From assembly GCA_012295275.1 (NCBI GenBank), contig CM022672.1, positions 17,050,001 to 17,114,000 of the forward strand: a stretch of DNA of 64,000 nt, read 5' to 3'. Within the stretch, counting starts at the first letter, position 1. Each line of letters opens with the position of its first letter. Origin of the DNA: Chrysomallon squamiferum (Eukaryota; Animalia; Mollusca). The notes under the pieces were generated by a model. It made no database searches and had not been told where the DNA came from. It was given only the letters and a program-made list of their open reading frames with translations. Below, piece by piece: positions 14,799-25,489 of this stretch. Made by a program: the position numbers and the translations under genes.

Positions 14799-16596
14799 TT
14801 CCTACTATATCACTGGAAGTACCTAGTCCATCATACGAGTCTAGTGGACCAGTAGTTTTGACTGCAACGAGAACAAATGGATTGACTGGAGAACTCTCTG
14901 TTGATCTTTCAATTGCTGATGTCACAGCTCTTGCAGGCAAAGATTATGTTAAACCAGATGAAGCTTTATTTGTCTTTGCAAATAGAGAAGCCAAACAATC
15001 TACTGAAATTGAGCTTAAAGATGATATGGTAAGTTAAGCGAGTTAATTTTTCTATATATGAACATTACAATTATATATTTTTCTGACAAAACAAAATCCG
15101 AAACATGGAACTCTGGTAAAATTTAAAATTGCGTACTTTGAAACCAGTCTTGAACTTCATATGTGGAAACACACTAAAACAAATTTACACAAATTTTATA
15201 CTAAACATATATTAAAAAGTACCCACTGCTGTGCAAAGAATACTATTTCTTTTGTAATGCACTAAAACATATACATCCTTTTAGAAAGATTATTTGTTGC
15301 ATTACACTAAAACTTTTGCTCCCATATACAAATATTATTACTTCTTAAAATAAACTAAATATATATTAGAATGTACCCATTGCCATACAAAGACTTTTAT
15401 CTTTTATAAAACATATACAGCCTTTTACAGAGATTATTTCTTGTAATACACTAAAATGGACTATTACTATTGCCAATAAAATTAAATAAAGAATAAAGAA
15501 TAATAAAAAAGAAGATATTTCAATATTAACTTATTACGAATCAGTCGTAAATCTTTTTATATAATGAAAATATAAAAGAGGAAACTAGATCCTACCACTT
15601 CACAGGTCAGTTAATAATAAGCCGTAGTAATTTTTGTCTGTATTAATAAAAGAAGCATATCATACAGCTGTTGGTAAAAGAGTCATTTAAAAATTGCTGA
15701 CCAAATGTTACTCTTCTATTGACTGTTTAAAATGTTTTTAACATTTGTTCATGTATGTGTTAATGATACAGAATAGTAAATAATACTTGCTTATTCAGAA
15801 ATGTTGTCTATATCCTTATCTTTATTATTCGTTTTCTTTCATTAAATAAATAATAATTTAAAACGATAATTAATAATTAAACAGATAAAGTGATCTGTGG
15901 AAAAAACCAGATGGCTATTCAAATTGATCCCTATCGTTATGAAGATACATGCACATTTGACAATTTTGCTAACCAGGAAGGGATGTCTGATAATTTTACC
16001 AGTGGGAAAGTGAAGATCATACCAAATGCTGGCACAAACTGCTTAAATGCAACATCTCTGACTACGGTATGTATATTAGAAATAATCGCATGTTCTGCAT
16101 GTTTTTGAGATGCAGACTATCTTCTACAGTGAAATGTTTTGAAATGGATGTATCTTTTTTTTTTTGAATCAGTATATAACTTAACATCTAAACCAACAGC
16201 TTGAAGCTTAGTGGATACAGCAACAGCCTAAAATATGAACGATCATTTCTCCTTAATGTAACCAATGGACTATTTGACGTTCAAACTGTTATCTCGAGGC
16301 TTCTTTCAGGATGGCACTCGTATATATTTTAATGTGTGTGGGAATGAACACTTTGTTATCTCAAGTTACTTAATGACAAATCTGCGGAAATAAAAATTAT
16401 AACAAAATCCAAATATTTTTAAATTATCATTTTATGACTTACATATTTAAATTGATGTTTCATTAAGATACCTTTAGTAATTTTAATCCAAAAACCGATT
16501 TTTGCACAATTTCAATTCATGGTTAGCGCAATATGTTCTATTGACATGACGAAAAACATCACAATTGTATCTCTAAGTCGTGTATCAGCAAGCCAG
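14799..16596 (+). pseudogene. Collapsed Calx-beta/EGF/ZP paralogue (copy A)
   Basis: Calx-beta exon 14799-15028 (VPTISLEV..IELKDDM). ZP exon ~15885-16066 lacks 30 nt (IGSFQGKVYA) relative to 37684-37895. Only the 3' half of the next ZP exon remains at ~16522-16596. Signal, EGF and all 3' exons are absent. Confidence 0.85.
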
Positions 16597-16731
16597 TAAG
16601 TTTAAATTGTTTAAAAAGTTAATATTTTAAATTAGCATTATCTTAATGATTATTCATAGCAGACACATAATTACATTTAATATAATGCATAGCATCTCAC
16701 TGTTATTAATTTATTGTCCAAGAGGAGAGAA

Positions 16732-17226
16732 ATGGATTACTACGAATTTTATGATTGGCACTGCTTGCTTCAATTTCATCAATTTGCTTCTCTTCACGAT
16801 TCTCGACGTTTTATGCCAAAATATCATTTTGATTTAAATAAAAGTAAATCATGTGAATATCAAACTTTTATTTCTATTTTCCATAATGTTGGACTGAAAT
16901 TGGTTTGTGAAGTATCTTTTGACAGAAAGAAATGTGACTGTAGAGCAACCTATGATATAGCTGGATATAAAATCAGAAAGATGTTAGATAAACTAACTGA
17001 TTGGGTTACAAATAAGAACATGGACGATGTAATGCAATATGTTTATACTCATGGACATTTACCAGATTATAGAAATGTTCAGATAGAGTTTGCATGTTAT
17101 ACAGCTAAAGCAGAAAAGTACGGACGTTGTCCATCATGCATGCCTAATTTGAGAATCTATTATCTTTCCAGAGATAGAAAGCAACAAATAATAACTTCTA
17201 ATATTTCTCAGTTTGTTCTCTTATAA
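16732..17226 (+). CDS. EVE orphan ORF, 164 aa, Cys/aromatic-rich, unknown function
   Basis: Uninterrupted ATG-TAA ORF (MDYYEFYDWHCLLQF..GRCPSCMPNL..) in AT-rich DNA, followed by AATAAA at 17287 and 17297. Confidence 0.6.
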   Translation: MDYYEFYDWHCLLQFHQFASLHDSRRFMPKYHFDLNKSKSCEYQTFISIFHNVGLKLVCEVSFDRKKCDCRATYDIAGYKIRKMLDKLTDWVTNKNMDDVMQYVYTHGHLPDYRNVQIEFACYTAKAEKYGRCPSCMPNLRIYYLSRDRKQQIITSNISQFVLL

Positions 17227-17286
17227 AATTGTCATGTGGTTTGTCAAGAAATTGACAGGACTGTTCTGTATTTGCTTTATTGCTTA

Positions 17287-17329
17287 AATAAAATATAATA
17301 AACGAAATTAAATGTTTCATGTTTTTATT
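17287..17329. terminator. Convergent polyadenylation signals between two EVE ORFs
   Basis: AATAAA on + at 17287-17292 and 17297-17302; AATAAA on - at 17324-17329. They lie between the stop codons at 17226 and 17368. Confidence 0.5.
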
Positions 17330-17367
17330 TTCATAACGTCGTTTAATTTTTACAAATAATATTTTTA

Positions 17368-18041
17368 CTACAATAATTGTAATTCTCTGATTAAATATCT
17401 TCTGAATCGAACAAATTCTGTAATTCTCTCGGAATAAATAGCCATCTCTCTAATATCATAACAACAAAAATCAATAAGAATATCAATAAGAAATCTATAA
17501 GGCATGTTCAAGTTAAAATTATTAATAGTCTCCCATATAACATCTCTATCATACAAAGCATTGGAATCAGGATTAGCATGAGTAGATATATCTAACAAAT
17601 GATTACATACTGTTCTGTAAGTATCATAATCTTCTTCATTTAAAGAGTCAGTATATCTTCCGTCGTATATCTGATCCATCTTATAGTTTCCAATATTGTT
17701 CGTCCGATAAAGACAATAGAAATAATTGTCTTTTGATAAGTCGTCTTAATCCAACGTACACTTTTAAAGAGTATATATTATACTGATAAGAATGGATATC
17801 TTGATCTTCAAGTTCTTATAGTGTAGCAGCGTCTGATGTATCTGCATATAATGCTGCACATTTAATATCCCAATTAACTCTCCATAAGGCAACAAGTTTC
17901 ATAACTTACAGGACTATCTTCTTGCCATCCAAAGTCTTTCCATTTTTCATTCCAAGTTTTATTGTATCCATATAAAGAACACGTGTGTAGGTCAGCGATA
18001 ATCTCTCTGAAATATCGATAATGTATAGCTTGATAATCCAT
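17368..18041 (-). pseudogene. EVE orphan ORF (~220 codons, disrupted), unknown function
   Basis: ATG at 18041 (MDYQAIHYRYFREIIADLHTCSLYGYNKTWNEKWKDFGWQED..). A frameshifted, stop-containing middle (WRVNWDIKCAALY..) leads into the 103-aa ORF 17679-17368. Confidence 0.55.
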
Positions 18042-18203
18042 AAATAAAATATTAACGTTTCTCTGAAAGTAAAATTAATTAAATGATGTAAATTAAATCA
18101 AATCATATATTTACATAATTTTATAAAATTATTTAAAGTAATAAATGTAATGTCTATAAATAGAAATGATGTAAGTATTACAGGATGCAGTGAAATATAT
18201 GTA

Positions 18204-20211
18204 TTACAGGAAGTTATGCAACATTAGCATTACAGGAAATTGTGAAATATTAATTAGAGTTATCCCCCTTGAGATTGCACAACACCCTCGATACGAACGA
18301 CTAGGAGTTCCAATGTGTTGATATTCGCTGTAAATCAAGTTTTCTTTTATGTGGCTGTTCTTGAAGGTGACTTCTATTCCATCATAGAATTCTAAATAGG
18401 CTTGTTCTTTCAGATCTACTTCATTCTCATTGAAATAGTCATAAAGAAAAACCCACATCTTTGGATTTGGTAACTTTGCATTTGTCAAGAAAGCCTTAAG
18501 AGCATCTCCATTTTCTGTCATCTGTAGATAATACATTCTAGACATCAAAGCTTCTTTATCAGCTAACATCTTAGCTACACATCATTTGTACACATCATTA
18601 CAGATGTTTTATGAATCACCTGTTTCTTTTTACATTTTACTTCTACAGCTACATCATTCCCTCTCAAAAGGGATTTATATTGATCTATTGTAACATCAGT
18701 GACATTACATTCGTCAACCAAAATTATTCTCTTTCTAATACAGTTATCAAAAGCAAATCGTTCATCTTTGCCAGGCCTTCCAATAGCACTTTCTGGTAAC
18801 AGTGAAAAGGGCTCTATAAACCAGTAGCTCTTTCCGATGGTTGTATATCCTCGCATGCATATACAGCTTCTTGATGTATCCATTTTTTCCAGAATGACAA
18901 GCACTTTTCCAATGATATCCATAGGGTCCAATCCAGCCAGTTCACACCAAAGGACAGAGTTGATAGCACTCTCTTCAGGTGTTGTAATCCGTAATCCATT
19001 TGGAGCACTTGTTGGTAAATCTAACTTCCTTAGATATTCGATGAAGCTTACAAAAGGTTTGTTCTTCATAGTAACCAGCAATTCTGTCAATATCCTTTTG
19101 TTACTCGCGTTCGTCTTGATGTACTTGAATCTACCAAGTTTTCCTGTTCCAGTTTTCCTGCAAATTTTGTCAGATAGATCTTTATTGGTGATACTCCATT
19201 CTAATAGTTCTTGTCCAGTTTTAGCTTCAGACTGTCCTAATAATTCTTCGATAATATCAGTTAGTTGCATCATTGTCTTTGACAACTTTAAATCGTTATA
19301 AGTTTTATCAAGTCGGAAGGTTCTTTATATCCAACAGGTTTAAATTGTTCACTGAACCGTCTGACTACTTCAATATCTCTAGACTTTTTTGGAATAGGTT
19401 CGAAGTCATCATCCTTTTCTTCCGATTCAAAGTCATCTAATGGTCGCTTCCGTTGGGTGGAAAACTCATCTTCTTCTGTAATATCTGATCCTTTTGTTTT
19501 GAATTCACTCCGGTGTTCACTCCGGTGCTCCGTATTCGTCTTCCACTGGTTCATCGAAGTCAGCTGTAACTTCTGTGTTTTCAATGCATTCTATAGACTG
19601 CATTTCTATAGTTGAATCGGCTGGCGTTGCTTTCCATAGTATTCCCAGTTCTCTGTCGTTTATGCAGAGGAATTCATATCCAAGAGATGGTCGTTTAAGA
19701 TACTTCATATATCTTTCAACAGCAGTTTCTGTACTTTAATACAGACGATAGCACTGTGTGCTGCTCTCATCATCTGTCGAAATTGCTTGTCTTGATTGAG
19801 TGAATGTCCAATCCCTGTCTTAGAACATAACAGATGCATGTGCCTATTTGGGACACATTCTCCGTTATGCACTAGAGCTAAGGATTTTCTGTTGGTAGGT
19901 AGTCCGCCCGAAGACCATTCTTCAGAGCATACACTCGTAAGGAATGTTTTGGTTTTGTTAACGAACGTTGCCAATTCTTTTGGCAAAGATCGCAATGTTT
20001 CCATCTTAGTTGACCATCTGAGTACACATCTTCTATTAACATCTTTTTGTTTGGCATACTGGGCAAAACGTCTTCCGTTTCTGACATATTTTCTCTGACC
20101 ACTGGATACAATGGGCGCAAAATAGCGTGGACAAAAGAGGTTACCAATTTGGCTATCCTTCCTGGCATTCTGAGATCTTGGTTGTAGAATAACGCTGTAG
20201 AATGCGGTCAT
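18204..20211 (-). pseudogene. NS1: Parvovirus-like NS1/Rep (HUH endonuclease + SF3 helicase), frameshifted
   Basis: N-terminus MTAFYSVILQP; HUH motif HMH at 19834-19842; (R)YMKYL tyrosine motif at ~19700; acidic linker; Walker A GYTTIGKS at 18827-18850; FAFDNCIRKRIILVDE Walker B; VEVKCK B'; MMCTN motif C; ALMSRM Arg finger. About 4 frameshifts plus stop(s), at ~19730, 19530, 19310, 18572. Confidence 0.9.
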
Positions 20212-20299
20212 TTTTAACCTTTTCCTTCAAGTTCTTCAAAGCTGAGTTCCGTCGATGCTCTTCTTTTAATAGAACTTTCTGTTCTAGTCTTCTGTGAAG

Positions 20300-20744
20300 C
20301 TAACTCCTCAAAACAGGCAGGCGATGTACACGTATGCAAGTCTCGACTATTCCGTTTTCTTGGGATCTTCCTAGGAAGTTTAAACCTCCTGGTCTACCTG
20401 CATCACCTTTTTCACCTTTACCACCTATATTACCTTGTGGTCCTCTACTACCGGTATGCCCTCTGGGACCTCTAGGTCCTTCTGGTCCTGGTGGTCCAGA
20501 TTTGCCCGGATCACCTTTATCTCCTTTATCTCCTCTGTCGCCTTTTAATCCAGGAGTTCCTTGTAATGTCCCCTTCTCAATATCAGATTGTAATCGGGAA
20601 ATTTTTTATATTCATCACATTTTGTTATTCTACATAATAAGTCTAATTCATTAGTGATATTAACCATATTAGTTTCAACCTCAGATTTTATTTTATTACT
20701 ATTATAATACAAATCTGTTGTAAATTCATTAACTTTAGTGCCAT
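20300..20744 (-). pseudogene. EVE collagen-like protein (19 Gly-X-Y triplets)
   Basis: Minus strand 20560-20390 reads GTPGLKGDRGDKGDKGDPGKSGPPGPEGPRGPRGHTGSRGPQGNIGGKGEKGDAGRP. The putative N-terminus MALKLMNLQQICIIIVI (ATG 20744) connects only via two frameshifts. Stop at 20300-20302. Confidence 0.75.
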
Positions 20745-20792
20745 TGTTCCAGAATGACGTCGTTGTGGTTACAAATTGATTAATTCAATGTA

Positions 20793-21380
20793 TCATGGTG
20801 CCCTTTTATATATTTCAGGTCGGAGAGACGGTTTATAGTTCATAGGATATGATCTAGTTGGTCGAACTTCACATAATTCAAATAATAATGTTACATAAGT
20901 AGATACACGATCAAATCGAATAATGTAGTCTTTCATATAACTCTTATATTTTTGTGTATCACTTTGACTTCTAACAAAACAATGTTGTAACGATATTCCA
21001 GGATTTCTTTCATTTTCTGCCACTGTATCTATTGACCAAAAGGAATACTCAGTTGTTATATTTACGTCATCAAACGAATGTTCTTCCATAATTATTTCAA
21101 ATCCCATATTTAATAACGAAAACGAAGAAGCATTCATAACAGCCTCTTGCCATTGTGATGGAGCTAAAGAAGCTGCTATATAATTACATGGGATAATATG
21201 AAATCCTTCATCTACGCGTTTAATATTATTAAATATATGATAATAATCGCAATTGGCATTATTTTCTATGTCATACATATATTCACGCAATACTAGAAGA
21301 AACACAAAGCGTTGCAACAAAATGTTTATCTGAGCCTGGCTAATTGAATGATTCCAAAAAGCCTTCCTTATTACTGGAAT
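20793..21380 (-). pseudogene. Parvovirus capsid (VP)-like fragment
   Basis: GFHIIPCNYIAASLAPSQWQEAVMNASSFSLLNMGFEII resembles the conserved capsid betaC-alphaA-betaD stretch (W.Y.D.N....HFSP.DWQ.L......P..M.F.I). It is far shorter than a full VP. Confidence 0.5.
20801..20812 (-). promoter_or_regulatory. Candidate TATA box of the viral collagen-like gene
   Basis: TATATAAAAGGG on the minus strand, ~57 nt upstream of ATG 20744. Confidence 0.45.
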
Positions 21381-21444
21381 GTTTTAGTGGATGAATGTCC
21401 AAATTTGTAGCAAAAAGTGATGCAGATTTGCGATTCGCTGATTA

Positions 21445-21488
21445 TATTTTAGTGTTAAATCGTTGTCATAGTTGTTTTAAATATGGTT

Positions 21489-21578
<90 letters not shown>

Positions 21579-24500
21579 TAAAATAGATAATCAACAGATT
21601 AAATGTGCCATATCCAGTTAGAAGTCACACATTTTCAGCATCTGTTTCTGATAATGATTTCGCAGTAATAAACGTAAAAAAGACTACTAGTATATTGAAT
21701 TATTGTTTAGGAACATATACGTCGTAATAAATAATTTTGGTGAGAAACTGCCCTTATATAATTTTAGCATAGCATTTGCTCTCATAATACAGATTAATGA
21801 GTGTCCTTTTTATTGTCCAGCTGTTCTCTACTTTCATCAGTGTGAATAATATATGACAAAAATAAATAATAAATAAATAAATAAATAAATAATTAAAAAA
21901 TAAATAAAATAAAATAAAAATAAAAATAACATTCAATACAAGTATTTTATTAAGCGTTCAAATACAAGCCAAACATTAAACCAGTTATTGCTTTGCAAGA
22001 CTGATCTAATTTATAACTAACTTTGCAGCCTAGCACATATGGTTACACTGACAGGATTAACAATTATTTATTACAAATTCGTCATCATCAAAGTAAATGA
22101 ATTTGCAAACTTAAAATACTGTGGAAAACTTGATACACAAATGAAAAGTATTGCTGCACTTATGTTATATATCATGATATGATGTTCGATTATATTTTGT
22201 CTAATATTCTTTGAGAATCAGCAGTCCCTGATTTCACTAATGGTTTCGATAGTTTCTGTTTTACCAGCGAGATTCGGTGATGTTCTCCGTTCTATAATGG
22301 GACTCTGTTGCCCAGCAAGATTATAACTAAGAAACATATATATTAATTAATATTAAAACAATTTTTACTGCCGGTAACTAGTTTCGAGTAATATACTTAT
22401 AAATAAAGATAATGATGTTTTTTTTAATCGAATATAATTGCTACATTTTAAGTAGTAATTGCATGCAGATGTTCTTGTTTCATTTCTATTTTTTCAGAAG
22501 TATTTAAGTGTTGAACAGTAATTTCGTTATGTAAATAATCATTTTTCAGATTAATATTTACTGACTAAATTCAGTAACAAAATAAGACCATTTCAGGGAA
22601 GATACAAACTAATATGAAAGTAGCACACTGAGAAAAAAAATCAGTGATGCAATGAACAACTCTTATGTACTAGTACTACTAATTATGTGACATTTTCATG
22701 GGTTGGATGATTATTTAAGAATTTAGAATAGTTAAATAACAGTTAATTTATCAACAGAAAAAATATCTGAAAGGCTTGGTAAATATTTCCAGTTTATGTC
22801 TCAGCAAGATAAGAATCAGCTGTATAAAAATGTAGCATCCTGAAAACAACGGGTATGGGAGAAGATAATGACCCCCACCAAAAAAGTCATAGATAATAAA
22901 TTATTTTTTATATGTTTACCGTATGCTGAGTGCGGATGACTCTCACATCTATTTACATTATAAACACAGATACAATTGTTTCATTTTATCATAATTAGAA
23001 AATAACAACACCAGCCTTTTTTTTTACAGTATTTTTGTTTATTTTTTTGTTTACAAAATGGTCAAATTAGAATTATTATTCTATCAGAAGTAGAATAAAC
23101 ATTTCTAAATGATTTCATTATAACATGAACAGATGTTGGATCACGTTCTGGGTACGTAGTGTATAACCATGTATTTAAATTACATGCTGTTTATACACTC
23201 TCTAATGGAAAATAAATTGATTAGTATTTTTTATAGAAATAAAACGTGTATGTTCTTCTGGTATCTATGAGAACAACTTATAATTTTTATATTTAACGAG
23301 AACTATTTATTCCACATATCCGCAACTTTGGTGAAAACTTACACTGATTTTTTTCAGTGTGTGTGAACAGCAATTCCAGTGTCCTGATAACTTTAGTTTT
23401 CCTGTGTAAAACAAACACTTTGCTATTCAAATCTCGGAATTCATTAATATACATTTATATAAATAAAAATACATTAATCTTTTATCACTGTTTATACTGT
23501 GTCTAATAGAAACTTACGTTATATTGGTTGTTTAGTGTTCCATTTAAAAAACATGTCAAATGTTCAGTGAGATACTTGTCTACAAGATATAAAAAGCCAA
23601 GAGGAGCAGATATAATCGAAACTAAGTTCAGATAAAAAAACAAAAAAAAATCAGTTTTAAGATGAGAGAAGACTTCTGGAGATATATTCGGGTAAAAAGT
23701 TTAAAAAATCACGGCTTTGTTTCGCAATGTTTATATTAGAAAATTAAAATAGAACAAAATAATTGAAATTGCATATTTCTAGGTAAATTTGGGCGATAGT
23801 TACAGTCATTTTACAGATCTCGACTATATCCGGGGGGAAGGCACAACGCTATCAATGTGAACGTCAAAGAACTGCTTTCAGACAATTCAGACATCATAAT
23901 AATTAAAAGGCCAAAATGGTACCCAAATTTGACTGTACGTATTTTTATTACATCTATCTAATTACTCAAGCTAAATAAATGTCAATACACAAATTTAATT
24001 TGGTAATCTGGAATTTGGTTATAGGTTTATGTAATTAATTATATTTAAGAATTATCCTTTGATGTATTTATGATTAATTTACTTATGATGAAACCAGAAG
24101 ACTTAAAATATTTTAAATGGTGTGAAGTACAATTTATTTTAATGTTGTTTTTACTATTCTATTAAAGGTATTGTAGTCTTAATTATCTTACTGGTTATTG
24201 CTTGTCTCTGATCATATCTGCACACTATAACTGTTTAATGTTATTTTGTTTTTTGTTCTAATTCAAATTAATTCAGATAATTACTTTCGGATATTCATAT
24301 AGTTGATCCCTCCATCGTCTCTCTGGTCTCTTGTTCTAGATTCATTCTGAAGATGTAGTTGGTATACAGCAGTCCTTGATCCCTCCATCGTCTCTCTGGT
24401 CTCTTGTTCTAGATTCATTCTGAAGATGTAGTTGGTATACAGCAGTCTTTGATCCCTCCATCGTCTCTCTGGTCTCTTGTTCTAGATTCATTCTGAAGAT

Positions 24501-25400
24501 GTAGTTGGTATACAGCAGTCCTTAAAATGGTATAAATACGTAAATGCATTTCTAAATGTCGAAGTAATGTTGTTTGTTCTTTCGAAGCTGTGTTTCAAGA
24601 TATTTTTATTTATTTTGTTTGTTTATGTATTTATTTATTTATTTATGTACGTTCACTGTCATATTTTCAATGATGAATGAATGAAAAAATAGAGAATGAA
24701 CGATTTCCTTAAAATTTTGAGTGGTTTATTATTATTAATATCGTTGCTGTTAATGCTATTGTTAGTTTGGTATTTTTTCAAACTGAGAACAAACTGTATA
24801 ATTATTGCAAAATAAGCTAATATTTAAAATAAAGAATAGTATGTACATATTATTCTATATTTGGAATGGCATATGTCTTCTTTATTTATGTGTTTTTTGC
24901 AAAAAGAGAGGTTGAAATAGGATATACTACTTTTCTGAACTAAAGTGAAAATATGAATTTTAAGTTGATATTTTCCTACAGAAAAACAAAATATTGTATT
25001 TCCAATGTCCTATCTATTAGAAAGATAATCTGTATTTGAGCATTTAGTTCTTGTATATAGTAGAAAATTTAAGGTCGCTTTTAAAATAATTATGTTCCTA
25101 ATTTAAAAGAAAATTGGTATAAAATTAGGTAAGTAGATATTGCATTCAAAAGGAAATGAGGTTTATAATTATAAGTATATATAAAACTGGTCTCTCTGCA
25201 AAAAATAAAAATATTCCAGTTCTATTTTGATATATGTAAAATGTTTACTGAATGATTTATAATTTAATAATAGCAAAAAGAAAAAGGAAGAAGTCAAAAA
25301 TAATGAATAATTTAAAAAAATTATTTTGCTTTCCTTTATTGTTTTGTGTAATATAAATATAAGGGAATATGAGAACACGGTTAAACATGCTTTTAATAAA
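21445..25400 (+). repeat. Segmental duplicate of ~43223-48030 (intergenic)
   Basis: Colinear similarity, including the same (CT)n run and tagcatcctgaaaacaacgggtatgggagaagataatgacccccacc. The distal part also resembles ~53290-54200. Confidence 0.9.
24303..24521. repeat. 73-bp tandem repeat x3
   Basis: Units start at 24303, 24376 and 24449 (ttgatccctccatcgtctctctggtctcttgttctagattc..) and are nearly identical. A single partial copy lies at ~47112. Confidence 0.95.
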
Positions 25401-25489
25401 ATCCAACAAATTTGTTTTTAAAATGTCAATGTTTTAATAACATTTTTTTTCTTTTTTCTATTTTCTTTTTGTTTTAGTTATTTTTATTT

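Larger units (their letters stand above)
16715..21444 (-). mobile_element. Endogenous parvovirus-like element (EVE), ~4.7 kb
   Basis: Intronless, ORF-dense block with NS1 motifs and a capsid-like motif. Similarity to the host paralogue stops at 16714 (=39164) and resumes by 21445 (=43223). Confidence 0.85.

Noticed and set aside
16700-16760. Parvoviral terminal hairpin or ITR at the EVE ends
   Set aside because: No GC-rich palindrome is visible at either junction (~16715 or ~21444).
18837-20098. Plus-strand ORFs 18837-19301 and 19796-20098
   Set aside because: Antisense to NS1, with no independent motifs.
20054-20180. Complete RING finger rebuilt with two indels
   Set aside because: It needs indels inside an NS1 frame that is open there, plus Cys substitutions. 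Only the CxxC-x14-CxxC is directly seen.
20595-20610. Programmed -1 frameshift into the collagen frame
   Set aside because: TAT AAA AAA TTT is not an in-frame X XXY YYZ heptamer. A 1-nt homopolymer loss in a decayed element is simpler.
20334-20654. 106-aa Pro/Gly-rich plus-strand ORF
   Set aside because: It is the antisense shadow of the minus-strand collagen frame.
24303-24521. CRISPR-like array
   Set aside because: Units are contiguous with no unique spacers, in a eukaryotic context with no cas genes. The same applies to the ~108-bp arrays.
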